A DNA stretch of 64,000 nt from an uncultured virus (IMG/VR IMGVR_UViG_2839031043_000001) (lineage: Duplodnaviria > Heunggongvirae > Uroviricota > Caudoviricetes), in the IMG/VR virus record IMGVR_UViG_2839031043_000001. One strand, 5' to 3'. Below are positions 50,363-61,007 of this stretch, in pieces. A program made the translations under genes and the position numbers. Each line of letters begins with the position of its first letter. The stretch's first letter is position 1. The notes beneath the pieces are model-generated. The model saw nothing but the letters and a program-made list of their open reading frames with translations, was not told the origin of the DNA and made no database searches.

Positions 50363-52963
50363 CTAATTGGTAAAGTCCTTTGATTTTTTATGATAGTACC
50401 TGAGCGCCTTTTCCCTGTTTTGTTTTTCTCGAATTTTCTCCGAGCAGCCGTCACAGTATTTTTTTCGATTCCCAGTCACTTCGATTCGCTTGAAACATAC
50501 TTCACACTGAATACTATTTTCACCATACCGCTCTTCTAAATTTTTCTTTAGATTTGAAACAATGATATCACCAAAACTCGACCACAAGGTCGTCTTATGA
50601 TTACTTTTTTTATTCTCGTATAGATACTTTACAAGAACATTTACAACATAATGAACATCATTGTTCAATTCAAGAATTTGATTGCGAATGTCTCTGTAAA
50701 CAAATTGGTTGTCGCCAGTGAAGTCCCGATCATTGGCTTCAATCTCAATAAAATGCTTATTAAGATCCAATTCAGTGTATAAAGCAATAATGTTATTATC
50801 TATTGCTATATCATTGCAACTCATTAACATCTTATAGTTGAATTTACCTAAATTAGCTGCTTCAAAATTGATTCTGGTGTTTGGAATGATCTTGCTTAGT
50901 CTATTAACCACGCTGTTGTTTGTCTTTTCTACCTCATTACTTTGCTTATCTTTTGCATACATAAAAAAATGGGGAACTTTCTTTTTCGTATACTGAGTAA
51001 TCTGCTTGCCAATATCTTTGGGTCTTTTTAATTTGTATAATGTCTTAGCATAGTCGATAGTAAAGTTATTCTCCATGCATAGCCATTTAATCACGTCAAG
51101 ATTGACATTTTCACTGTTCCAGATCTTCGTAATGTTATTCGAAATTACACCAATGTTTCCACCTGTGTATGCTGCTTTAAGTCCATTGTAGATATCACTG
51201 TTAGTAATAGTGCTCTTACCAGCGACTTTCATGTCATAGTAGAGAGGAACTATATCTTGCATATTGCGTTCTGCAATTTCAATAAGTAGTGGATCAGCAC
51301 AAACTAGCCCCTTATCCCCATCAACATCAAACATCAGTATCTTGCTTATAGGATCATGTATGCTAGTGTATACGCCATCAGTCACGAACCACCGAGTCAT
51401 TTCCTTTGTGATTACATTGTTTCGAACTGCGTGCTCTAAATACAAGTGTGGGCTGCGGAGACAATCTAACTTGGGTGCGTCTTTGTACAATCTACATGAC
51501 ACTTGCCCATTCTCTAGTAGACCACTTGGGTGTTTCTCGTTAAGAATCAACCACTGACAAAAAGCATATAAATCTGGACATATGAATGTATACTTTCCTT
51601 CGATATCAATTTTTGCTGCCCTAGCATCTCTAACCATGCTTCTTTTAACATTCTTTAGGATTTCCTTGCTATATGTATCGCTTAGTAATTCAGGGTAAAT
51701 TTCAAGTGCTTGTTGTAGATAGTTTTTATTCATGTTTGCTTTAACAACACCAAGTACCTTGAGCATTGTTTCTTTATCTCTACCAATATTAATAATACTA
51801 TCCTTAGTTTTTTTACTTAGAGCTTCTAGCTCATCATTGGTCATGTCAGTAAGGGTTTGAAGCATCTGATAGTTGATCTTTGCATTAGTTAGTAGGGACT
51901 CTTCCTCATTACATTTCCCAGCCTGACAATTGTATTTCACAAAATTATCTTTATATGATTGCCAATCATGATAGTATTTGTGCATCTTGAACTGACTTTT
52001 AGTAAATATTACTTCGATTCCGTCTTTAATGATATCATGCTGCTTTCCATAAATGTCAGTCACAACACCATACTTATTGCCATCTCCATTGCGGTTTGCT
52101 TCGCGCACAAACTTATCGAAAGGGAAAGGGACGAGTAGCCCCTTGATCCAAGGCAAACGAACCATCATGCTTCGTTTATTCATACGTGGTAACATCATTC
52201 CGCAACCATCTGTGTGACTAATCAAAATATCCATTTCTTTTCTTGTGATTTCATAGGTACTATCATCAATGTAATCAACAACGCTGCGTACAGTTGTTTC
52301 CATATCATCAACTACAATTGCTTTGCTTATGTCAAAAACTGTCCATTCATCAGTAGCAGAGTTGCAAAGTGCAAGATAGGCGAGATATTTATTTATATTC
52401 ACGCCACCTTGCTCATTAATCTGATCGATGGATAAACCACAAGTAAGGGAGTTGAAATGTCTTTTAAAGACAGCTTCTTTGATAAATACAGTCTTCTTAG
52501 TTCTAATTTGACCAGCACTAGCAGTAAAGCATACATATCTCTCATTTTTGTACATATAACCATTTAAAATGATGTCTTCAAGTACTTTAAAATAGTAGGT
52601 TTGTACAACCATTAAGTCATCAGAAAGTTTATCGGGTGTGAGTCCTAGTGTACGTGTTAAGACTGAATCAAACACAGATATGTAAGTCTTTTTGCTTAGA
52701 AGTGTATCATCTAAAGTCCGAATCCCTTTATGTAGAGTAAGTTGATTTTTCAATAATTCCTTAAGCTTTTCAATTCGCTTATTAAAGTAAGTATAATGCC
52801 GTTGTAACTTTAGTCTTTCATAATCATTTTTAGCTTTATGTATACGTTTTTTAATTTGGGATTTAAGAACGAATAGTCTTTTTAGTTTGTTATGTATTTT
52901 TAACTCTTTTTCATCATAAAAGAAGCTAGTATCAACACTATGAATCAAAACTTGTTTGTCCAA
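50363..52963 (-). CDS. yonO: YonO-type single-subunit double-psi RNA polymerase
   Basis: SAGQIR, HTDGCG, RLPWIKG, RSPH, catalytic FDVDGD; syntenic with HU/yonK as in SPbeta. Confidence 0.9.
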   Translation of the reverse strand: MDKQVLIHSVDTSFFYDEKELKIHNKLKRLFVLKSQIKKRIHKAKNDYERLKLQRHYTYFNKRIEKLKELLKNQLTLHKGIRTLDDTLLSKKTYISVFDSVLTRTLGLTPDKLSDDLMVVQTYYFKVLEDIILNGYMYKNERYVCFTASAGQIRTKKTVFIKEAVFKRHFNSLTCGLSIDQINEQGGVNINKYLAYLALCNSATDEWTVFDISKAIVVDDMETTVRSVVDYIDDSTYEITRKEMDILISHTDGCGMMLPRMNKRSMMVRLPWIKGLLVPFPFDKFVREANRNGDGNKYGVVTDIYGKQHDIIKDGIEVIFTKSQFKMHKYYHDWQSYKDNFVKYNCQAGKCNEEESLLTNAKINYQMLQTLTDMTNDELEALSKKTKDSIINIGRDKETMLKVLGVVKANMNKNYLQQALEIYPELLSDTYSKEILKNVKRSMVRDARAAKIDIEGKYTFICPDLYAFCQWLILNEKHPSGLLENGQVSCRLYKDAPKLDCLRSPHLYLEHAVRNNVITKEMTRWFVTDGVYTSIHDPISKILMFDVDGDKGLVCADPLLIEIAERNMQDIVPLYYDMKVAGKSTITNSDIYNGLKAAYTGGNIGVISNNITKIWNSENVNLDVIKWLCMENNFTIDYAKTLYKLKRPKDIGKQITQYTKKKVPHFFMYAKDKQSNEVEKTNNSVVNRLSKIIPNTRINFEAANLGKFNYKMLMSCNDIAIDNNIIALYTELDLNKHFIEIEANDRDFTGDNQFVYRDIRNQILELNNDVHYVVNVLVKYLYENKKSNHKTTLWSSFGDIIVSNLKKNLEERYGENSIQCEVCFKRIEVTGNRKKYCDGCSEKIREKQNREKALRYYHKKSKDFTN

Positions 52964-52971
52964 ACTAATTT

Positions 52972-53250
52972 TTATCCCTCCTGTTCATTTGCTTTTAAAG
53001 TCCCATCTCTCATATCTTCAATCTCTTCTAGCTCATAGAAAGCACCTTCAATACTCTCAAGATCGCCTTTATTTAGTGTATAGCCCACAACATCTAAGAA
53101 TGTAGGATTACTATTTACATTTGAATTTTCTAATTTCGTTGCACCGTATGTATAGAGAAGATAGTCTTCAATGCTCGCAAAATCAGATGGTGACTTACTT
53201 TTTATAATATTTACTTTCTTGGTCATTTTCCTTACTGCTATTAAAACCAC
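52972..53250 (-). CDS. Hypothetical protein
   Basis: ORF immediately upstream of yonO. Confidence 0.5.
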   Translation of the reverse strand: MVLIAVRKMTKKVNIIKSKSPSDFASIEDYLLYTYGATKLENSNVNSNPTFLDVVGYTLNKGDLESIEGAFYELEEIEDMRDGTLKANEQEG

Positions 53251-53312
53251 AACAAAACATAGCAGTTACACCTCCTTGATTTTAAATTTATGTAGTTTTA
53301 TAATTTTACTTT

Positions 53313-53462
53313 TTAATTTCGTTTATCAGATATGTATTCAACATAATCCATATAGTCCTCAATACTGCTATCAATACCATGTTCAGAAGCTATATCGATC
53401 TGGGTTCTACCATAGAATCTTGATAAGATTTTATCAATGTTGTTCTGCTTTACTTCAGTCAT
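53313..53462 (-). CDS. Small 49-aa protein MTEVKQNNIDKILSRFYGRTQIDIASEHGIDSSIEDYMDYVEYISDKRN (not in the ORF track)
   Basis: RBS AAGGAGGTG; directly behind a TTGACT-17-TATGAT promoter. Confidence 0.65.
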   Translation of the reverse strand: MTEVKQNNIDKILSRFYGRTQIDIASEHGIDSSIEDYMDYVEYISDKRN

Positions 53463-53487
53463 TCATTCACCTCCTTGGCTTGTTTTT

Positions 53488-53569
53488 ATCATATATTTTA
53501 AGTTATTATAAGTCAACTATTTTTTATTTTTGGATTTATTATTGCAAATCCTTACCAATTGAATATAAT
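53488..53569. promoter_or_regulatory. Divergent sigma-A promoters (yonO operon on -, recombinase-like gene on +)
   Basis: Minus strand: TTGACT-17-TATGAT; plus strand: TTGCAA(53542)-16-TATAAT(53564). Confidence 0.65.
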
Positions 53570-53601
53570 TTAGTTATACACCAGTACATAAAGGGAGTGG
53601 G

Positions 53602-54651
53602 ATGTTAATGAATACAGCGGTTAATAACATTGTTGGTTTCAATAATAGGAGTGTGTATAGCACAATCACATCTTTTCTAGAGTATAAAGGGGATAGAAGC
53701 GACGATACACAGAAAGCATATAAAAAAGACATAAAAATATTCTTTATGTACACAAGGAACAAAAATATAGATCAATTAGAAGTAATTGACTTGGAATTTA
53801 CCATTGAAGATGTAATTAAATATCGAAATTATTTGGGAGGGCTTAAGAAAGCAGATGGGGAGCGTAAATATGTAAATAAGTCGATAAATAGAATGATTGA
53901 TTCACTTCGATCACTATACAGCTATCTTGAAAGAGCAAAGTATGACGTAGATAAGTCAGCATTTGCTTTGGACGACCTTCCTGAACATGACTCTAAAGAG
54001 ATTGGATACTTGACTCTCGAAGAAATTGAGCAGATGATCGAACATGCTAAAAGCTTGCCTAATGGCACTGAGAAGTATATTTTTTGGGAATTGGGCTGGA
54101 AGACATCGATTCGTATTAATGCATTATTATCAATTACTTGGGAGGACTTTCGGAAAGTAAATGATGACATTGTGATTGTACGTGCCATTGAAAAAGGCAA
54201 TGAAATCAGAGAGATGCCAATTACAAATGAGTTTTATCAACGTATCCTAGAAATTAGAGGAAATGCGAAACCGACAGATAGAGTCTTTAAATTTGGAAGC
54301 ACGACCGTTTTTAATACAATGGAAATACTCAAAGAAAGAATTGGCATTTCAGAAGATAGAGAGGTTAGTTTTCATTCAGTGCGTAAATTCTTGATTGATT
54401 TAATGGTTGACCTTGGTGATTTAAAAGCAGCTATGGCTCAATCAGGTCACAAAAGCATTGAAACATTATGGAAGCACTATGCGAATAAACAAAAAGACTA
54501 TGAGAGCATGGCAGGAGTTATGATTGAAAGAACCCTTAACGAAGCAGCATTAGATGAAATGAGCAAAGAAGAGCTACTTGCAATTATTAAAGCAGATGGT
54601 CAAATTAAGAATCGAGTTTTGATGAAACTTGCAAGAGGGAAGAGAGGCTAA
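53602..54651 (+). CDS. Tyrosine recombinase-fold protein (divergent box I); recombinase or MrpR/YopR-like regulator
   Basis: SAM-like N-terminus; TSIRINALL, FHSVRK, SGH, KHY. Confidence 0.8.
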   Translation: MLMNTAVNNIVGFNNRSVYSTITSFLEYKGDRSDDTQKAYKKDIKIFFMYTRNKNIDQLEVIDLEFTIEDVIKYRNYLGGLKKADGERKYVNKSINRMIDSLRSLYSYLERAKYDVDKSAFALDDLPEHDSKEIGYLTLEEIEQMIEHAKSLPNGTEKYIFWELGWKTSIRINALLSITWEDFRKVNDDIVIVRAIEKGNEIREMPITNEFYQRILEIRGNAKPTDRVFKFGSTTVFNTMEILKERIGISEDREVSFHSVRKFLIDLMVDLGDLKAAMAQSGHKSIETLWKHYANKQKDYESMAGVMIERTLNEAALDEMSKEELLAIIKADGQIKNRVLMKLARGKRG

Positions 54652-54704
54652 TCTAATCCCTCTTTTAATATACAAAAATATATGATAAACTAAATCAAAA
54701 TGGA

Positions 54705-56894
54705 ATGGAGGCTGATAAATTGAGTAGCGAATTATTTGAGATTGAATTAACAGTGTTAAAAGGTAAGCATTATCAGAATGATTTTGGTCGCTATTACTGC
54801 ACAACAGATGAATGGGAGAAGGTGGAATTTGATAAAGAAAGTACATTTGTGATTATTGGCACTATGCCAGTGCTAAATGAGAACGGGAAGTATAAAGCCA
54901 CACTAAAACGAAAGGATCATCCCACATTTGGTGTGCAATATGAAGTGAAAATGATCTTGAATTGCATGCCAACTACAAAAGAAACTCAGAGAGACTTTCT
55001 GAAAACCATGATGACAGAACTTCAACTTAAAGCAATATACAATGCTTATCCAGACCACGACATCATTGCACTCATGAAAGATGATACGTTTGATTATCGG
55101 AAAGTGAAAGGCATAGGTGAATTCACATATGGATTGATCCGTAAACGGATTATAGATAATCTTGATGTTCAGCAAGCATTGGCAACATTCGGTAAGTATG
55201 ATATCTCATACAAGAAAATTATGAAGATGGTAAGACATTATGGGTCGACTGAACTTTTAATTCAAAGGGTCGAGGAAAATCCATATGAACTGACCTCGGT
55301 TTCTGGAATTGGATTCAAGAAAGCTGATGAGATTGCTAAAAATATGGGATATGATATGAGTAGTCCATTTAGAATTCGAGCAGCAATTACTTATGTAATA
55401 GAAGAAGAGCAGATGAATGGACATACATATATCGAGTATGATGAACTAGTCATAAGAGTCCGTGACCTAATAAGCCGCAGCGAGGATTGTATCAAGGCAG
55501 AGCTTAGAAATCACGATGGAATAATTTTAATTGGTGACAGAGTTTCCAAGCAAAAGACATACAACGATGAGAAGTACGTAGCAGAAAAATTAAATTACAT
55601 ATTGGATAATAGTAAAGAGTTAGTGTTTGATGTTGAATCATTCATTACAAATCAGGAGCAGCTATACAACATAAGTTTAACAGATCAGCAGAAATCATTC
55701 TTTTACAATATAAAAAAATATGGTGTAAATTTTCTGGTTGGCTATGCTGGATGTGGCAAGTCAATGCTCCAGAAGTTGTTTATCAATCTTTTAGAGGAAT
55801 TGGGATTGTCATATGCACTGCTATCTCCAACTGGGAAGGCTGCAAAAGTACTGGCTAAATATACTGAGAGAGCCGCATCTACGATCCATAGAGCCACTGG
55901 TGTGGGCAAAGATGAGAGTGAAGGTCTGTATGAAATCGACAAAGACTTTGTGATCGTTGACGAAGCAAGTATGCTTGGAGTGTCCTTATGTGCGAGGATG
56001 CTTAGGAGATTAACCAACAAAAATGTTCGCATTCTCTTTATCGGCGATGATTTCCAAATTGCTTCGGTTGATATGGGCAACTTCTTATATGATTCAATTA
56101 AGAGTGAAACACTTCCTGTCACTAAGCTTGATGTTGTCTTTAGGCAAAGTGAGGGAGGAATATTAGATATTGCTACAAAGATTCGCCAAGGGAAAAAGTT
56201 TATTGGTAATAAGGATTACGGGACATTTAAGTTCGGGGAGAACGTAACCTTATACTCGGCTAAACAAGATAGAATGGTAGATGGATGCGAATACTCCTAT
56301 AAGCAACTCATGCACCAATTTAGTCCAGATGATATCATGGTCTTATCACCAACTAAAAGATCTGACCTTGGAACTCATTCAATTAACCAATCCATTCAGA
56401 AGATTGTTAATCCACATGATGGTTTAAAGCGAGAATGGTCTATGAGAGATAGTGTATTTAGGGAAAGTGATAATGTAATCAATGTAAAAAATACATATGA
56501 TGTTACTGCTTTAGACGGCAAGGTAGTTGATATTGTTAATGGAGACACAGGGAAAATACAAACAATTGACTTAGAAAATAAAATTATAAATATTGATTAT
56601 GGATTTAGTATTGTACCTGTTAAGTTAGATGAATTGGACAATATCTTACACTCATATTGTATCACTATGCACAAATCACAGGGATCTGCTGCTAAAGCAG
56701 TACTGGTCATTTTGGATAAAAGTCACAAGTTTCAGTTGAATGCAAATCTTTTGTATACCGCTGTAACTAGAGCAAGTGATTATTTGATTATCTTAGCTCA
56801 AGCAGATGTAATAAACCATGCAATGACCAAAAATGCAAGCTTACAAAGGAATACATTCCTTATGGAGATGCTAATGGCTTTGGATAACGAATAA
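54705..56894 (+). CDS. recD2: RecD2-like SF1B helicase
   Basis: HhH (GIGFKKAD), GYAGCGKS, VDEASM, GD..Q, FRQ, NGD.G, YCITMHKSQGS, LYTAVTRA. Confidence 0.92.
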   Translation: MEADKLSSELFEIELTVLKGKHYQNDFGRYYCTTDEWEKVEFDKESTFVIIGTMPVLNENGKYKATLKRKDHPTFGVQYEVKMILNCMPTTKETQRDFLKTMMTELQLKAIYNAYPDHDIIALMKDDTFDYRKVKGIGEFTYGLIRKRIIDNLDVQQALATFGKYDISYKKIMKMVRHYGSTELLIQRVEENPYELTSVSGIGFKKADEIAKNMGYDMSSPFRIRAAITYVIEEEQMNGHTYIEYDELVIRVRDLISRSEDCIKAELRNHDGIILIGDRVSKQKTYNDEKYVAEKLNYILDNSKELVFDVESFITNQEQLYNISLTDQQKSFFYNIKKYGVNFLVGYAGCGKSMLQKLFINLLEELGLSYALLSPTGKAAKVLAKYTERAASTIHRATGVGKDESEGLYEIDKDFVIVDEASMLGVSLCARMLRRLTNKNVRILFIGDDFQIASVDMGNFLYDSIKSETLPVTKLDVVFRQSEGGILDIATKIRQGKKFIGNKDYGTFKFGENVTLYSAKQDRMVDGCEYSYKQLMHQFSPDDIMVLSPTKRSDLGTHSINQSIQKIVNPHDGLKREWSMRDSVFRESDNVINVKNTYDVTALDGKVVDIVNGDTGKIQTIDLENKIINIDYGFSIVPVKLDELDNILHSYCITMHKSQGSAAKAVLVILDKSHKFQLNANLLYTAVTRASDYLIILAQADVINHAMTKNASLQRNTFLMEMLMALDNE

Positions 56895-56952
56895 AAATAA
56901 CAAATATATAAATAAAAAACGAGAATATTATACACAAGGAGTGTTGTGTTGT

Positions 56953-57745
56953 TTGGATAAGCAAATGAATTGTTTTATATGTTCATTAAAAGGAAGTAAA
57001 AGTGAAATGATCCGAGAAGAATTAATAAAAAAAAAGAAAACCATATTNNNNNNNNNNGTACTATCATTCAGATTGCAAGAACATTAATGAGTTTAACAGA
57101 TCTACAAACAATGGCAGATATAAAAATGAAACAAGATCTCATCTGGGTGCAAAACGTAAAATTTTTGAGTTGCTACTTGATGAAAGCATTTCTTTAATAG
57201 ATCAAAATTATAACATAATAACGTTGGATATGGAATTTGTTGCGATTGAATCACCTGTTACAAATTTACATAAGAATAGGATTCCATTTATCAATTTAAA
57301 AGAATGCGCCAACTGTGTGAATCAATATAAAAAAGTAAATGATTTCAACATTGGCTCCAAAAGGGAATTTTTCGATAAATTGAATATTGCATCATACAAG
57401 CACAAGTCAGGCAATGAGATTTACTATCAACACCCTTGTCTTAACTGCCCTTTTAATAACTTAAAATACAGATATGTGTTTGATATAGGGATTGGAAAAA
57501 ATGGTTATTATACAGGCGCAATTGAAATTTTACATACAAGTGAAATTAAGAAAGAAAAAATACTGTTTTGTATTGAAAACAATATTGAATTGATTGAATT
57601 TCCTTCAACTATAATTAAGGTAAAGAATGAAAACAAAGAATTAAATTGTGAGCGAATTTGGTGGAAAGATGAAAAGGATCAAATACATATTTCTAATAAA
57701 TATAGTCGCCTCTTTCAAGCAAAGAAAGGAGCGATGTATAATTGA
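56953..57745 (+). CDS. CoiA-like PD-(D/E)XK nuclease; start probably TTG 56953, broken by an N-gap
   Basis: Upstream in-frame 'ETRSHLGAK'; 'FDIGI...IEI..TS....K'; N-terminal CFIC. Confidence 0.55.
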
Positions 57746-59676
57746 AATTAAACTTGGATGCCGTTCAATACACAATAAAACCAAGTAATTATGAAACTAA
57801 AATAATATCAAATAGAATAATGTGTAAATCGGTGGATATCAGTCCCCAGCAATTAGCTGGAGAAATACTTAAGGGTAAGTCGTTTACACCTGCGTATTTC
57901 GGCGCACTAAATAAGGCTGGAAAACTTGCTCGATCTCAAGAATGCTGGACTTCTCAGCAAGTTCTTTGTATTGATTTTGATAATGAGACTTTAGATAATT
58001 CATCAAATACAAGGATAAAGGATATTGCTATGACAATTGATGATGCGCTTGAGGAATTCAAACACTCAGGTGCATTCCTTTATAAATCATTTGGATATAA
58101 AGATGATCACCCTAAATTTAGAGTGGTTCTTATACTTAACAGGGAAGTGAACAAAGCAGAAGAGATCGATTGTATCTTGGGGTATTATAAAAATAAGTAT
58201 CCAGATGCTGATAGCAGTTGTTTTGAAAGAGCAAGGTTGTTCTATGGTGGGACTGAAGTCATAGAGATTAATTATGATAATGTGGTTAGAGTTGATGAGA
58301 TTTTGAATAAATGCAGCAATCTCAATGGGTTTAGTCGTGCAGGGGTTTTTTCTACCCCTAATAATAATAACCTAAAGATATATAGGGTAGAAAAACTATA
58401 CAATAATTTTAAAGGTAATGAGTTTGTTGAATTTAATCATATAAACGATGCTTATGAATATTTGTATAAGCAAGACATGAAGGGATATCTGTATGAAAAT
58501 GGACATATAGATGGACATAGTAAAAACTTCCCCTGCTTATTTCATGAAGATAAGAATCCATCAGCCTCAGTATTCTTGGATAGTAAGACTGGTAATTACA
58601 TGTACAAGTGTCACAGTGGTTCATGTGGTTTCACAGGGAACATTATACGAGTTGTGGAGAGGATTCAGAAGGTCAAACGTGTTGCAGCATTCAAGCACCT
58701 CTGCGACTATTATAATGTTAAGTTAACTGAGACGGATTGGCAAAAAGAGCAGAAGGAGATTCTTGATCATAACATTCATTACATGTGTAGTGATACCTTT
58801 AGAGATGAACACCCAGAGCTTTATAAGCGGATCAAAAAATATATTCCTTTACTAGTGTTATTGAATATGTTGGCAAAGCAATACATAGGAACAAAGACAT
58901 TGCGAGAAGTTGAGCATAACATATTTACTGTAAGTAAAAAGTACATAGCTGAAATGGCAAAAGAATTTTCTGGTGTGCTGAACGAGTTAACGAGTAATAA
59001 ATTGGAATATACAAAGTTGAACAGTGATCCAAAAGAAATTAGCAAACGTATTGATTTGTTCTCTTTCTTGGGTGTGTTAGAGAAAATTCACGTTGATAGC
59101 ATCCCAGAGGATCTGTTCAAAATTGCTGTTGCAGAAAGAGAGCGAAGAATAAGGAGTGGCAAGGGTAGAAATGAAGTTAGGTTTCAAAATTACTATTCGA
59201 TCCCAGAATACGGAGATGACTTATTAACCAGCGCAAATCAAAAGGCAATTGAATTTAAAAAGAACAATTTAAGCATGACAGGCTTTGGGCGAGAAATGGT
59301 TTTTAGAGGTCTGAATAAAGAGGCTGCTGATAAGATATACCCTATGATGAGTAACATGGGATTGTCAAATTCGAGTAAAGAGGTGTCAGTTCATATACAT
59401 AAAAAATTTATTACTAAAATTGAGGAAACTGGATGGGTATTAGAAAGTGACATATTGGATGAGTTGATACAAGAGAATCTACAGAAAACTAATGGATTGA
59501 TTAAGGGCAAGGCTAAGAATATGAAATACATAAAAAGAAATGTGAATGAGTTATTGGAGAGTTATGACTGGAAAAGAGTAAGATTAAATAAGAAATTGAA
59601 ATTGGAATTAAGTATTGACGATCAGGTAAAAGGGTTTCCATTTATTGTTTATAGGGAGAAAACTGAGACGGTTTAG
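57742..59676 (+). CDS. Primase/replication protein (AEP-like N-terminus + CHC2 zinc finger)
   Basis: 'CIDFDN', 'KFRVVL', 'D..C....RLFYG'; 'CLFHEDKNPSA...YKCHSGSC'. Confidence 0.75.
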   Translation: MKLNLDAVQYTIKPSNYETKIISNRIMCKSVDISPQQLAGEILKGKSFTPAYFGALNKAGKLARSQECWTSQQVLCIDFDNETLDNSSNTRIKDIAMTIDDALEEFKHSGAFLYKSFGYKDDHPKFRVVLILNREVNKAEEIDCILGYYKNKYPDADSSCFERARLFYGGTEVIEINYDNVVRVDEILNKCSNLNGFSRAGVFSTPNNNNLKIYRVEKLYNNFKGNEFVEFNHINDAYEYLYKQDMKGYLYENGHIDGHSKNFPCLFHEDKNPSASVFLDSKTGNYMYKCHSGSCGFTGNIIRVVERIQKVKRVAAFKHLCDYYNVKLTETDWQKEQKEILDHNIHYMCSDTFRDEHPELYKRIKKYIPLLVLLNMLAKQYIGTKTLREVEHNIFTVSKKYIAEMAKEFSGVLNELTSNKLEYTKLNSDPKEISKRIDLFSFLGVLEKIHVDSIPEDLFKIAVAERERRIRSGKGRNEVRFQNYYSIPEYGDDLLTSANQKAIEFKKNNLSMTGFGREMVFRGLNKEAADKIYPMMSNMGLSNSSKEVSVHIHKKFITKIEETGWVLESDILDELIQENLQKTNGLIKGKAKNMKYIKRNVNELLESYDWKRVRLNKKLKLELSIDDQVKGFPFIVYREKTETV

Positions 59677-60497
59677 TAGCCGTCTTTTTCTTTTGCGATA
59701 TTCGCTTATCGTGGGTGATATGAGGTGTATTGCAAAAGTGTAGGCGTATCAAGGGAAATGGATAATTTTTGATGTAAAAGATACCCCCTCATGGAGTGCG
59801 ATATAGCCTCATATCGTAAAAGTGTAGATGGGACATGGCATTGGATAATGTGAATGGGTGAGAAAGTGGGTGATTGGAGTAAAAACAGGTGAAGGGTGGA
59901 TATGGGAAAATGTTGATAATATTGAGTTTCTACGATATGCGGAACGATATTCGATTTGAAAAATAAGTTCAGTGTGTGAGTGGAAGTGCTGCCGCAATAT
60001 TCATACCAATAAGCCACTTTTTGAATGTAAAATAGCCCCCCACCCCTTGATATACAAGCAGTTATATAGGTGAATATAACCATACTTATAGCCACTTATG
60101 TTGTCTGACTCATATATCTTCGCATCTTACACATAATAGAATGATAACTATTACATATGACGATCATGACTATCTATTATATTTTTTTGAACAACAACTC
60201 ATAGTAATTAAACATGACACCAAATGGTTACATATCGTTAGGGTAACATTCTAGCAATGTCTCAACACATCTATAATCACTACCTATACTACTACACACA
60301 TCAATAGTCTATACCTATATCAAATTAACATCCTTACCTATGACCATTACCTATCACTAATCAATCCATTATAGGTATCACTTATACATCTATTACACTC
60401 ACATATCCAACACTCGATCATTGACACCTATATCCATTCACACAAACATACCAACCATTGCTACAATACTCATATGCTTCACACAAAAAGTCATATA

Positions 60498-60542
60498 ATA
60501 TCTAAAAATATAATATACAACAGAGTGTATTTGTGTTATAAT
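60498..60542 (+). promoter_or_regulatory. Promoter with ATATCTAAAAATA box 26 bp upstream of an extended -10 TGTTATAAT
   Basis: Box 60498-60510; TATAAT 60537-60542. Confidence 0.75.
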
Positions 60543-60575
60543 AAAGACAAGAAGAAACAAGGGAGCGGATACATA

Positions 60576-60926
60576 ATGATTAACGAATGCACTGAACGCA
60601 ATGAGATACAAGCAATGGAAAGAAAATACCGTGAAGTTCTTGCATGGGAAGCTGAGTTTGCTCAACAAATCGAAGAACTCAACAAGATAGATGACTCTGA
60701 CAAGGAAGCACTGAAAGTTGTTAATGATATACTGAAAGCATATGATGATCGTAAGAATATCAAAGGAAAGAAAATCAACATTGCTTTAGCATCTAATAGT
60801 AAACGCATTGATCGTCTTGAAACTGCTTTGAAATCTCTGGGTTACCTGTTTACTAAGTATGCTATCAACAAGCATAATGGCTTATGGTTTGAAACGGTTT
60901 CCATTTATAAATTAAATAATATCTAA
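60576..60926 (+). CDS. Hypothetical protein (probable start MINECT)
   Basis: RBS GGGAG; downstream of the boxed promoter. Confidence 0.6.
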   Translation: MINECTERNEIQAMERKYREVLAWEAEFAQQIEELNKIDDSDKEALKVVNDILKAYDDRKNIKGKKINIALASNSKRIDRLETALKSLGYLFTKYAINKHNGLWFETVSIYKLNNI

Positions 60927-60963
60927 AAATAAACTATACAACAATTCATCTACATGTTATAAT
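60919..60963 (+). promoter_or_regulatory. Promoter with ATATCTAAAAATA box 26 bp upstream of TGTTATAAT
   Basis: Box 60919-60931; TATAAT 60958-60963. Confidence 0.75.
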
Positions 60964-61007
60964 AAATCATAACCTAAAATAAACTGTTTCACTAAAGAGG
61001 TGATCCT

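Noticed and set aside
53602..54651. Prophage integrase marking an att boundary
   Set aside because: Phage genes continue on both sides, with no host genes or att core visible
10219..56122. Many antisense ORFs in the track (e.g. 22051..22656, 49872..50240, 55742..56122)
   Set aside because: Shadow frames opposite well-supported genes, with no recognisable motifs
6985..57057. Apparent pseudogenes at N-runs (about 6985, 9777, 15294, 18090, 18656, 35643, 57048)
   Set aside because: All are fixed 10-N gaps, so frame changes across them carry no information
59706..60095. Minus-strand ORFs of 129 and 62 aa
   Set aside because: They arise from strand-composition bias; atypical composition and no convincing RBS
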